Origin: Escherichia phage vB_EcoP_LNA5
Direction: 5' to 3' (one strand)
Length of the DNA: 39,091 bases
Sequence record: MZ311861.1
The notes under the pieces were generated by a model. It saw nothing but the letters and a program-made list of their open reading frames with translations, was not told where the DNA came from and made no database searches. Numbering within the stretch: the stretch's first letter is position 1; the number at the start of each line of letters is the position of its first letter. Made by a program: the position numbers and the translations under genes. Positions 9,936-17,370 of this stretch are shown in pieces.

Positions 9936-11012
9936 TTAACTCTTAACGGTTGGGTTATCTTCCGTTCCACGCCAGCACTTGAAGCTAGGGTGACGAAGGG
10001 ATCCATCTGGGAACCGCTCCATGAAGAGGACTTCACACTGCCATCCTTCGTACGGATTGATTCCACCGAGAATATATGTATCAGTGTTACAGGCTTCCGT
10101 AAACTCATCCTTCTGTTCTTCAGTCAGACCACAAGCATTAACCACCATGCCATCCTCAAGCAGAACCTCAAAGCCAATCACCTTACCTTCGTTAGCCTTG
10201 CCCGTAGTCCCCCACACGAGGCCACACACGGTCCCGTCGATGGTCTCCTCAGGCTTCATTTTCCACATGCCTGACTTCTTGCCGCGCTTGTATTTACCCA
10301 GTGGGTCCTTGACTACCAGACCCTCATGTCCTTCCAGACGCTTCTGTTCGTACAGGGAGTTGAGCGACTCAAGGTCATAGACCGTGTGTGACTCAGACAG
10401 AACCCAGTCGATTTCAGGGAAGTATTTCTGGAGGAGAGGGACGATAGCTTCGGCCTTCAGGCGGGTTACGCTATGGATAGGACCTTCTGCTTTCGGGTCA
10501 AGTATGACGTTAAGGTCCACGATACCGTAGACCACCACGCGGATGTGGTCGGTTGCCAGATGGAAAGGGACCTTATGCTTCTTCTTGGTGTCGATGTCAG
10601 CATCTGGGTTGCCATTCCAAGCGTAGTTCTTAGTGTCTGACCACATGGTACGGATTAGACCTGAGGAAGTGTTGAAGTCGGTTGCAGGAACCATTACCTC
10701 ACCGTCAATCATCAGGCCAGTGCCTTCGTAGCCAGCTTGCTTCAGGAACCACCGCCAGTCGCTAGCCCTCTGTTGATCTTCCACGATGTTGTCGATGTTG
10801 GTCAGGACTGATAGCCAGCTCAGTGCCGGAAGAGGTTTAGACTCCCGGCTCAACCATTTGGCCTCACCAGTAGGGAAGACCGGGATGTTTATACGCACAC
10901 CGTCATACTTCACTTCAGCTTCGAGCGACCCGGCAGCTGCCAGTGCTTTCGTAACTCCTGACTCAGAGTAATCTACAGCGCGGTGCGGGTTAGTTTTAAT
11001 AGTCGTAGTCAT
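9936..11012 (-). CDS. ATP-dependent DNA ligase gp1.3
   Basis: Recalled collinear similarity to T7 ligase (IKTNP..AV, EIKYDGVR, ..MIDGE.., ..EGHEGL.VKDP...YKRGKKSG.WKMKPE.., ..GSLRHPSF...RGTEDNP); TAATG overlap with 1.2. Confidence 0.95.
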   Translation of the reverse strand: MTTTIKTNPHRAVDYSESGVTKALAAAGSLEAEVKYDGVRINIPVFPTGEAKWLSRESKPLPALSWLSVLTNIDNIVEDQQRASDWRWFLKQAGYEGTGLMIDGEVMVPATDFNTSSGLIRTMWSDTKNYAWNGNPDADIDTKKKHKVPFHLATDHIRVVVYGIVDLNVILDPKAEGPIHSVTRLKAEAIVPLLQKYFPEIDWVLSESHTVYDLESLNSLYEQKRLEGHEGLVVKDPLGKYKRGKKSGMWKMKPEETIDGTVCGLVWGTTGKANEGKVIGFEVLLEDGMVVNACGLTEEQKDEFTEACNTDTYILGGINPYEGWQCEVLFMERFPDGSLRHPSFKCWRGTEDNPTVKS

Positions 11013-11263
11013 TATTTCCAGCTCCTATAATCGTTCAATTGTTGTAAGCACCATTGCTCACAGCTAAAGATTTCATCTTCGGTAAATTCTCTGGATACCA
11101 GAAGCCTCCCACCATCTGCTTCAATTACTCTGACCAGAGTTTTTCCGTGGCACGGCGAGTAATCCATTAGGACATCAAGTCCTGCCTCACTCATCTCGCG
11201 GTGAGTCCGGCCTAACGCTGACCACTGGCTCGTGGATGCGTCGAATAACCAACGTTTACTCAT
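11012..11263 (-). CDS. gp1.2-like protein (dGTPase inhibitor family by position)
   Basis: 83-aa ORF with C-terminal pattern ..CEQWCLQQLNDYRSWK resembling recalled T7 gp1.2 ..CTDWLNHMYDQLKDWK; AGGAG upstream. Confidence 0.6.
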   Translation of the reverse strand: MSKRWLFDASTSQWSALGRTHREMSEAGLDVLMDYSPCHGKTLVRVIEADGGRLLVSREFTEDEIFSCEQWCLQQLNDYRSWK

Positions 11264-11274
11264 GGCTTACGCTC

Positions 11275-11448
11275 CTATGAAATACTTCTCTCGGTTGACC
11301 AGAGAGAGTCTTTGCCCTCAGCGTTACGGAAAGCACCCTTGACACCACCGCCACGCTTGGTCTTGTTCAGCTTGCGGCCCTTCGGAATGTAGTCTTCAGT
11401 CTGCTGACGTTCACGGATTCGCTCGAAGTTGATAGTGTTCTGATACAT
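11275..11448 (-). CDS. gp1.1-like small basic protein (57 aa)
   Basis: Hand-translated: MYQNTINFERIRERQQTEDYIPKGRKLNKTKRGGG..; GRKLNKTKR matches recalled T7 gp1.1; AGGAG upstream; below the track cutoff. Confidence 0.65.
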   Translation of the reverse strand: MYQNTINFERIRERQQTEDYIPKGRKLNKTKRGGGVKGAFRNAEGKDSLWSTERSIS

Positions 11449-11478
11449 GGTGTAGCTCCTGATTGAATGAGTTAGGGT

Positions 11479-11520
11479 TAATCATGAAGGCCACGACTTT
11501 GAGTCATGACCTTGAGTCTA
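11479..11520 (-). promoter_or_regulatory. RNase III-like processing hairpin, class A (R1.1 position)
   Basis: TAGACTCAAGGTCATGACTCAAAGTCGTGGCCTTCATGATTAA on the minus strand; lies between the phi1.1-position promoter and gene 1.1, as recalled for T7. Confidence 0.6.
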
Positions 11521-11522
11521 AT

Positions 11523-11540
11523 CCTATAGTGATAGTTTAG
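11523..11540 (-). promoter_or_regulatory. phage RNAP promoter (phi1.1 position)
   Basis: cctatagtgatagtttag exact consensus. Confidence 0.85.
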
Positions 11541-11541
11541 G

Positions 11542-11619
11542 TTAACCTCTTCTGCGTGGGATTAAAGTGAATAATGCGAGTGCTCCCAGCCACAAGGCCA
11601 GTAACTGTAGGTCTGTCAT
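11542..11619 (-). CDS. possible 25-aa hydrophobic micropeptide
   Basis: ATG overlaps the stop of the upstream ORF (ATGA); MTDLQLLALWLGALALFTLIPRRRG is a single TM-like helix with a basic tail. Very short; could be chance. Confidence 0.25.
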   Translation of the reverse strand: MTDLQLLALWLGALALFTLIPRRRG

Positions 11620-11831
11620 TTGGTCTGCTCCAGCTTGGTCACTGCGTCTTTCAGGTATTTCTCGTGGCTGGATTCCACAAGATAGACGAGTGTCTTGAAT
11701 GGGACGTTAAGCTGCTTTGACATCTCTGTAGGGATGACCGTGGTCTTCACCAGACCCTTGCCGTTGTGTTCTGTTACGGTCACGATTTGAGTCCCGCCCT
11801 TAACGCCAGACTGCTTGTGTGCAAATTTCAT
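11616..11831 (-). CDS. hypothetical protein (71 aa)
   Basis: AAGGAG upstream of ATG; tightly packed after the upstream ORF; no counterpart recalled between gene 1 and phi1.1 in T7. Confidence 0.6.
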   Translation of the reverse strand: MKFAHKQSGVKGGTQIVTVTEHNGKGLVKTTVIPTEMSKQLNVPFKTLVYLVESSHEKYLKDAVTKLEQTK

Positions 11832-11841
11832 AACTCTCTCC

Positions 11842-12072
11842 TTATTTAATCATAGGGAATGATGGATACTGAGTGCGCTCGTCTTCCATCCACGCGTTAA
11901 GCACTTCATCAATCGAAGCTATAAGGTTGTACTCGTTAGGTTGAATCCACCCAGTCACACCCTCTTGTAATCTGTCTCGGAGAATGACTAAATCCCTATA
12001 AGTCAGCTCTACATGGCAACGTCCCGACCCATCGTTGTATGTCCTGTTGTGTGCTACAAGTTTCATTGACAT
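11842..12072 (-). CDS. hypothetical protein (76 aa)
   Basis: AGGAGGAG 7 nt upstream of ATG, starting 15 nt after the RNAP stop; no recognisable motif. Confidence 0.6.
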   Translation of the reverse strand: MSMKLVAHNRTYNDGSGRCHVELTYRDLVILRDRLQEGVTGWIQPNEYNLIASIDEVLNAWMEDERTQYPSFPMIK

Positions 12073-12087
12073 ATACTTCTCCTCCTG

Positions 12088-14769
12088 TTAAGCGAATGCA
12101 AAGTCTGAAGACAAGATGTCTTCGATATTTAGTTTACCTTTCTTCGGAAGCTCAGGCAACTTGTCGCGCTGACTTTCATGAAGCTGGTATTCAAACTGCT
12201 CGTAGAAGTCAAGCAGCACATCGTTATCGCGGTAAGTCTCTACCATCGTCTCACGGACTCCACGGAACAGATACTCAGCGTCAGCCGGGATGGTCCCGAA
12301 GCTATCGTGAATCACTGCGAATGACATCACGCCATACTTTCGGTTAGTGTGGACTACAGTCTTGCGGAGGTGGCTACCATCTTGTGAGTGGACGAAGTTC
12401 GGGCTAATGCCTGACTCCTGCTTGTGCTTGTCCAGCTCTTTCTTCGTGCCTTTGTTGACGGTAGGCTGAAGGTTGAATGACCCTAAGAACATCAGGTTCA
12501 GACGAGTGGTGTCCTTCTTGCGGTATTCCTGCCAGACAGGGAAACCATCAGGTGTGACCCAGTGTACCGGAAGGCAAGGCTTCAGGATTTCTCCAGTCTT
12601 CTTGTCCTTCACCTCAGCAGCCAGCAGCTTGGCAGCACCTTGAAGCCACTTCATCGCGTCAACCGCAGCAACTACTGTCACACTCACAGCTTCCCAAATC
12701 ATCTTTGCCATGAAGCGAGACGCTTGGCTTGGTTCAGTGAACATAGCGCCAGACCCTGAGTCAATCGCTGGCATCACGATGTCCTCGTAAACTTGGTCTG
12801 CGAAGCCGTACTCTTTCGACCCGTATGCCAGAGTCATGACTGAACGCTTAGTGACCTTGCGTGACATACCGTATGTCAGCCACTGACGGGCCAGCTCTCG
12901 TGTCCCCAGCTTGATACGTTCGGTAATCTCACCAGTTTTCTTATCCTCGTGAGTGACCATCTCGTTGTCAGTGCCGTTAATCAGCAGTACTTTAAGCTGC
13001 TCCTCAATGCGGTCAGACACAATGCGGTAGATGTCTTGTACCTTACCGGATGGCGTCAGGTTTACTGCATGTCCACCGATGTGGTCACGAAGCATAGCGC
13101 TGAAGTGCTGAATCCCAGAGCAGGACCCATCGAACGCTATCGGCAGCGAGCAGGAGTAAGACAAGCCGTGGTGCATTACGCCAGCATACTCGAAGCAGAA
13201 CGCTAGGAAGCAGAACGGAGAGTCTAACTTGCCCCACCACTCAATGCTATCCATCGGTGCCTTGGCAGCAGCCATGATGTTGTCGTGGTTATCTTCCACC
13301 CACTTGATACGCTCCTCGAAGGTGACTTTATCGACACCCGCGCAGTTTGCACCGTGGACCTTCAGCCATTTGAAACCATCAGCACCAATAGGCTTACCGA
13401 CTGCCAGAGTCAGAAGACCCTTTTGCATGTCGTTACCCTGAGGGTTGAACATCGGCACAGCGTAGACGCGACCGCGCCAGTCCATGTTATACGGGAACCA
13501 GATGGCCTTGAACTGAGAGAACTTGTTCGCTTGGTTGACGATAAAGCTCAGTGACAATCTTCGTGACTGTCTGGCCTTCTCGCGGCGATAGATACCAGCA
13601 GCAGCCTTCTTCCATGCCTTGAGTTCTTCTTCAGTCTCACCCGCATAGTCCTCAGGCTTCAGCGGTTCCATCTGAGGGAGGTCATCAATAGGCGTGTTGT
13701 TCAGCTTCTCGACCTTGTTCACCACGTCCAATACCTTCTTGTTCACTTTCCAAGGTGTATTCTGGATGATATTCACAGCGTCATAGACTTCAGGCATGTA
13801 TACGTCTTCATAACGTGCTACCGCAGACTTAGACCCTAAGCGAATCAATGGTAACGGTCTGCGACCTTTGGCCCAGTACCCACCACCTACGACACCAGTC
13901 CACGGCTTAGGTGGAACGACGCAAGGCTGGTAGACTGGGGCGATACCCGCAAGGCTGAATCCTCGTTGTGCCATCTTCTTGACCCAGAAGTCTGACAGGT
14001 GGACCATCTCTACGTCAGCCGCTGCATTACCAGCACCGTACCGCTTAAGCTCGACCAGTTGTGTTGACTGGATGACAATCTCGAGCATCTTGATGCCAAC
14101 GTGGACGGCCTCTGTAGGACTCCAAGTCCCCCACGCATCTTCCAGTTGGCCTTGCTCCAGCATGGACGCCTCGACCGCTTGCATGTAGGCTTTCTTGTAT
14201 GACGCCCCGGCCCGCTTATTCAGGTTATCAGCTATCGCCTTCTTGAAGTGCTCTTTCTCTTTGTCACGGATGCGACCGAAGCGGATTTCGTCCTCAAGTG
14301 TGCGACCTATCGCTGAGGCCATAGGTGTAATCGGGATCCCTTCAGGCTTGACCAGCTTGGAGAGTATGACCTTCAGTACGATAACCGCAGCAGACTCACA
14401 GGAGATGCGCAGAGATCGTTCCTTTACGGCCTTCTCTTCAGTGCTCAACATGGTGAACGCTACACTCGGACGAGAGGTTGACAGCTTCCCGTCTTGGCCT
14501 TCGTGCCACTCCCTGACGGCTTGCGCAATCTTAGGGACCAGAGTCTGCATCAAAGGCTTGGCGACCTGATTGTCTGCCAGTTCCCCGCGCTCGGTCTGGC
14601 GCTCAAGGTTCTTGATGAAACGTCGCTCGCCTTCTGTATATGCCTCATGCTCAAGCTGAAGCTGTTTGACTGCAAGGTCTTGCCCGTAGTGGTCGGCCAG
14701 CAGGTTAAACGGCTCAATGGCGTTCGACACATCAGAGAAGTCGTGTTTGTCAATAGAGATGACGCTCAT
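12088..14769 (-). CDS. single-subunit DNA-directed RNA polymerase gp1
   Basis: 893-aa ORF collinear with recalled T7 RNA polymerase (..IPFNTLADHYG.., ..WFPYNMDWRGRVYAV.MFNPQGNDM.KGLLTLA.GKPIG.., ..HDSFGTIPADA.., C-terminal ..SDFAFA). Specificity-loop region reads ..QPTVNKGTKKELDKHKQESG.. versus recalled T7 ..QPTINTNKDSEIDAHKQESG... Confidence 0.98.
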   Translation of the reverse strand: MSVISIDKHDFSDVSNAIEPFNLLADHYGQDLAVKQLQLEHEAYTEGERRFIKNLERQTERGELADNQVAKPLMQTLVPKIAQAVREWHEGQDGKLSTSRPSVAFTMLSTEEKAVKERSLRISCESAAVIVLKVILSKLVKPEGIPITPMASAIGRTLEDEIRFGRIRDKEKEHFKKAIADNLNKRAGASYKKAYMQAVEASMLEQGQLEDAWGTWSPTEAVHVGIKMLEIVIQSTQLVELKRYGAGNAAADVEMVHLSDFWVKKMAQRGFSLAGIAPVYQPCVVPPKPWTGVVGGGYWAKGRRPLPLIRLGSKSAVARYEDVYMPEVYDAVNIIQNTPWKVNKKVLDVVNKVEKLNNTPIDDLPQMEPLKPEDYAGETEEELKAWKKAAAGIYRREKARQSRRLSLSFIVNQANKFSQFKAIWFPYNMDWRGRVYAVPMFNPQGNDMQKGLLTLAVGKPIGADGFKWLKVHGANCAGVDKVTFEERIKWVEDNHDNIMAAAKAPMDSIEWWGKLDSPFCFLAFCFEYAGVMHHGLSYSCSLPIAFDGSCSGIQHFSAMLRDHIGGHAVNLTPSGKVQDIYRIVSDRIEEQLKVLLINGTDNEMVTHEDKKTGEITERIKLGTRELARQWLTYGMSRKVTKRSVMTLAYGSKEYGFADQVYEDIVMPAIDSGSGAMFTEPSQASRFMAKMIWEAVSVTVVAAVDAMKWLQGAAKLLAAEVKDKKTGEILKPCLPVHWVTPDGFPVWQEYRKKDTTRLNLMFLGSFNLQPTVNKGTKKELDKHKQESGISPNFVHSQDGSHLRKTVVHTNRKYGVMSFAVIHDSFGTIPADAEYLFRGVRETMVETYRDNDVLLDFYEQFEYQLHESQRDKLPELPKKGKLNIEDILSSDFAFA

Positions 14770-14789
14770 ACTTAAAGTCCTTGTTATTA

Positions 14790-14830
14790 GTCTTTCACTT
14801 AAAGTCTCTTTGGTCTTTCACTTGGAGTCT
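14790..14830 (-). repeat. two 18-bp direct repeats in the RNAP 5' leader
   Basis: gtctttcacttaaagtct (14790..14807) and gtctttcacttggagtct (14813..14830), 16/18 identical, between the upstream phage promoter and the RNAP start. Confidence 0.6.
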
Positions 14831-14842
14831 TAGACCTTTAGT

Positions 14843-14860
14843 CCTATAGTGATAGTTAAG
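14843..14860 (-). promoter_or_regulatory. phage RNAP promoter immediately upstream of the RNAP gene
   Basis: cctatagtgatagttaag; about 75 bp upstream of the gene 1 ATG. Confidence 0.8.
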
Positions 14861-14866
14861 TCAGAA

Positions 14867-15193
14867 TCACTTGCATATCAGTGGGTTAGCGTGAAGATGA
14901 CTGAAGTCACCATGAGTCGTGTGCTTGATGGTTGACCGTTGGTCTATCGCCTTCCAGCCTGAGACTAAAAGTTTACCATCGTCAGTGATTGGTCGTCCAC
15001 CATACACCAGACACATCAGCTCGGACTTATGTCCCTCAGCCCGGAGTCTTGCTTGCAGTACCCGGTCCCGCTCCTGCTGTTGACGTGCGGAGTGACTTGA
15101 CGTTCCGTGACGATACCCGGTAGCCAGTAGGCTTAACATTTGCATGTCTGCGTCCATAGAGTGTACCAGATTAATCCCGTATGACTTGTTCAT
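14867..15193 (-). CDS. hypothetical early protein (108 aa)
   Basis: ATG overlaps the upstream ORF stop (TAATG); GGGAG upstream; no motif recognised; occupies the position where T7 has gene 0.7, but is not kinase-like. Confidence 0.55.
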   Translation of the reverse strand: MNKSYGINLVHSMDADMQMLSLLATGYRHGTSSHSARQQQERDRVLQARLRAEGHKSELMCLVYGGRPITDDGKLLVSGWKAIDQRSTIKHTTHGDFSHLHANPLICK

Positions 15194-15396
15194 TACAGTT
15201 TGCTCCCAAGTGTTGCTATATCCCAGACGTTCGCTAAGTTACGCATGAATCGTCCGTTAGGTTGACGTACAGTCCAGCTACCCAGACGTACATATTTGAA
15301 TTTGTAGACTTTACGCGCTTTGTTGATGTCTCTCACCAGCACGTAGGCGATAAGTCCATAGCCTATGGCTATCAATAGTGTGATACTCATAGTCAT
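15193..15396 (-). CDS. small membrane protein (67 aa), start uncertain
   Basis: Track ORF begins at GTG 15567 without a ribosome-binding site; an internal ATG at 15396 overlaps the stop of an upstream micro-ORF (ATGA) and yields MTMSITLLIAIGYGLIAYVLV.. with one predicted TM helix. Confidence 0.35.
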   Translation of the reverse strand: MTMSITLLIAIGYGLIAYVLVRDINKARKVYKFKYVRLGSWTVRQPNGRFMRNLANVWDIATLGSKL

Positions 15397-15497
15397 AAGC
15401 CCCATAACAGTTGAGTAAGGACCGGTAGTTTGCAGACTAGAGTAAACATTCCCCACGCTACGAAGCCTGAGATAGTCCAGATGATTGCAGTGCTCAT
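15393..15497 (-). CDS. possible 34-aa hydrophobic micropeptide
   Basis: AGGAG 7-8 nt upstream of ATG; MSTAIIWTISGFVAWGMFTLVCKLPVLTQLLWGL; translationally coupled to the downstream ORF. Confidence 0.3.
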   Translation of the reverse strand: MSTAIIWTISGFVAWGMFTLVCKLPVLTQLLWGL

Positions 15498-15629
15498 AGT
15501 TAACTCCTATCAATGTAAGTGGTAATCTTTGAGGCCACCTATCAGTCGATGACCTCTCGTCTATCACTCAGTACCATCACGTCAGTGTTATGGTCAAGCT
15601 ATGATTTGGTTCTCTCCTGTTTATTTAGG

Positions 15630-15857
15630 TTACTCGCCGTCTCCTTCTGTAAGGCTATCGTCTATTAATTCAAATTTACCGTTTGAGTGTTGGATAGCCT
15701 CTTGTCCGCAATGGTCGCAAACCACCAGTTTATCGAACCCGTCAAACTCGTCACCTGCTACGCAAGAAAGTACGAATTTATGATTGGTGCATACTTCTTG
15801 CGTTTCACCGAAAATTGCTCGAAAACCTTTGGTTATGGCACCAGTGATTGTGTTCAT
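15630..15857 (-). CDS. Cys-rich small protein (75 aa), possible zinc ribbon
   Basis: GAGGG upstream of ATG; paired Cys motifs (C..C, then CDHC) and an acidic C-terminus; sits downstream of an RNase III-like hairpin. Confidence 0.55.
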   Translation of the reverse strand: MNTITGAITKGFRAIFGETQEVCTNHKFVLSCVAGDEFDGFDKLVVCDHCGQEAIQHSNGKFELIDDSLTEGDGE

Positions 15858-15871
15858 ATCTTCCCTCTCAG

Positions 15872-15928
15872 TTGTTAATGACTATCAGTCAGGCCACCAG
15901 CATTGATGACCTGTAGTCTGTCACTTAG
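15872..15928 (-). promoter_or_regulatory. RNase III-like processing hairpin, class B
   Basis: Shares the gttaGtgactatcagtcaggcc...cctgtagt motif with 16602..16660 and 16919..16983; forms a long imperfect hairpin, as recalled for T7 R1. Confidence 0.5.
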
Positions 15929-16070
15929 CGTGTAAACTGTCGTGTATACGCTTGCGTCTCCTGTAGACCACTTTCAAGAGACGCATAGCCCAATCGTGGT
16001 CTAACTGCCCGGTCTTGACCATAAGCCGGGCGTTAGTGACGTGGTGCTGGCAGAGGCCATAAGTTACCAT
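15921..16070 (-). CDS. gp0.4-like small protein (49 aa)
   Basis: ATG overlaps the Ocr stop (TGATG), as 0.4 does with 0.3 in T7; MVTYGLCQHHVTNARLMVKTGQLDHDWAMRLLKVVYRRRKRIHDSLHAK shares the YGL..W..AM..L pattern with recalled T7 gp0.4. Confidence 0.45.
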   Translation of the reverse strand: MVTYGLCQHHVTNARLMVKTGQLDHDWAMRLLKVVYRRRKRIHDSLHAK

Positions 16071-16573
16071 CACTCGCAGTCCTCAGCCGCAGGGTCGAAC
16101 ACTACGTTATCATTGATGTCTTCCACCTTCAGGTGGCGACCTGCCGCATAGTTAACATTGGCACATGCAGTAGCGACCTCAAGAGCTACAGCTTGCACAA
16201 TTATTGCGCCTGTTTTAGCGTCAACTACCCAATATTCATCCTCTTCGTCTGCCTCTTCATCCTCAAACCAGACTACATCCAAGCTATTAGACACGTCGTT
16301 ATAAAGTGCCTCATAGATGCGAGCTTGTAGGATACGCGTTACGTCCTTGGTTTCAGGTATCATCCCAGAGTCTTCGAACTCGTTGTCTATACCATCAGCA
16401 GCCATCACCGTAAAAATCTCGTGGTAATAGTGTGGAACCTGACCGTCTACGACCTCATGCAGCGCAGCGCTGTAGTCGTCATCTTGAGTCAGGTGGTCGT
16501 ACTGAATACGCTCGATAAATGCCTCAACGGTTGCAGCCAGCAACTCATAGTATGCGTTAGCATTACGTTCCAT
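16070..16573 (-). CDS. ocr: Ocr-like DNA-mimic anti-restriction protein (gene 0.3) with about 50-aa C-terminal extension
   Basis: Residues 1-115 match recalled T7 Ocr (..VPHYY..IF.VMA..GID.EFEDSG..P.TKDV.RILQARIYE..); the ORF then continues past the acidic tail (..DEEADEEDEY) for about 50 more residues; GAGG upstream of ATG. Confidence 0.85.
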   Translation of the reverse strand: MERNANAYYELLAATVEAFIERIQYDHLTQDDDYSAALHEVVDGQVPHYYHEIFTVMAADGIDNEFEDSGMIPETKDVTRILQARIYEALYNDVSNSLDVVWFEDEEADEEDEYWVVDAKTGAIIVQAVALEVATACANVNYAAGRHLKVEDINDNVVFDPAAEDCE

Positions 16574-16601
16574 AGTTATATCCTCTCAAAGTTAATTATG
16601 T

Positions 16602-16660
16602 GTTAGTGACTATCAGTCAGGCCGCTATCAGTCTAACGACCTGTAGTTAATCACTCTCAG
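16602..16660 (-). promoter_or_regulatory. RNase III-like processing hairpin, class B
   Basis: gttagtgactatcagtcaggcc..cctgtagttaatcac: 7-bp outer stem plus CAGG/CCUG inner stem with internal loop; lies between the first early ORF and ocr. Confidence 0.5.
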
Positions 16661-16902
16661 TTAGTGAAATAAGGAGCTGAGACGCCCACTGTAGGACTCA
16701 CGGTTATCTGCGAGTCTATCAGGTATGTCTCGTTGTCTATACGCACAGTATCGACGCTGTAGTTGCTGAACTGCTTGCTTGATACCTTGCGCACTACCAC
16801 ACGGTGACGCGCTCCTGTCATCTCTTTAAGCTGAATCCACGCATAACCTTTAGTGTTCACGAATACTTCATTGCGATTAGTGATTGTGCTTAAGTGTTTC
16901 AT
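16657..16902 (-). CDS. first early gene: hypothetical protein (81 aa)
   Basis: ATG at 16902 with AAGGA 9 nt upstream (track ATG at 16911 has no spacing); first ORF downstream of the host-type promoter and RNase III-like hairpin; no motif recognised. Confidence 0.5.
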   Translation of the reverse strand: MKHLSTITNRNEVFVNTKGYAWIQLKEMTGARHRVVVRKVSSKQFSNYSVDTVRIDNETYLIDSQITVSPTVGVSAPYFTN

Positions 16903-16918
16903 AGTGTCCATCCTTTAA

Positions 16919-16983
16919 GTTAGTGACTATCAGTCAGGGCCTTTGAGTCTACATCTGAAGGCCCTGTAGTTAGTCGCTATCGG
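16919..16983 (-). promoter_or_regulatory. RNase III-like processing hairpin, class B (R0.3 position)
   Basis: agtgactatcagtcagggcc-(18-nt loop)-ggccctgtagttagtcgct, a long imperfect inverted repeat. Confidence 0.5.
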
Positions 16984-17088
16984 CGCACATTAAGAGTTTA
17001 TCCAGATTGTTAAAGAGCATTCCCTTCAGTCAGAGGACTTCAGGTAGACCATTCAGTGTTGGTCATCACCGTTGTTTCGATGTGGTAC

Positions 17089-17118
17089 ATATTACTTTAA
17101 GTCGTTACTGCCTGTCAA
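17089..17118 (-). promoter_or_regulatory. host sigma70-type early promoter
   Basis: Minus strand TTGACA-GGCAGTAACGACTTAAAG-TAATAT (18-bp spacer); resembles the recalled T7 A3 promoter; first gene follows about 190 bp downstream. Confidence 0.6.
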
Positions 17119-17370
17119 CTACTTTCTGTCGGTTGCCTGTTGTTCGTATGTCTTACAGGCTGACTACTTAACCGGACCGGACCGGCGTCTTCACTATCCG
17201 GTTGTTGCCGTGTCGTGTTGACGGAAGCTATTAGGCCATAGTCTGGACCTATAGTCAATAGGTAATTTGAAATAATATTGATTAAGCTATCGTCGGCCCC
17301 ATGGTGTAAGAGGATATAGTCTTTGACTAACATGTCTTAGACCTTAAGTCTATAGCCTTGTGTCTATTAA

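Noticed and set aside
17229-17258. Second sigma70-like promoter candidate (TTGACT-17-CCTAAT)
   Set aside because: The -35 is good but the -10 is weak (CCTAAT); cannot be supported without experimental or comparative data.
17115-17333. 72-aa minus-strand ORF in the terminal non-coding region
   Set aside because: Lies upstream of the early promoter within the repeat and promoter region, with no ribosome-binding site; likely a chance ORF.
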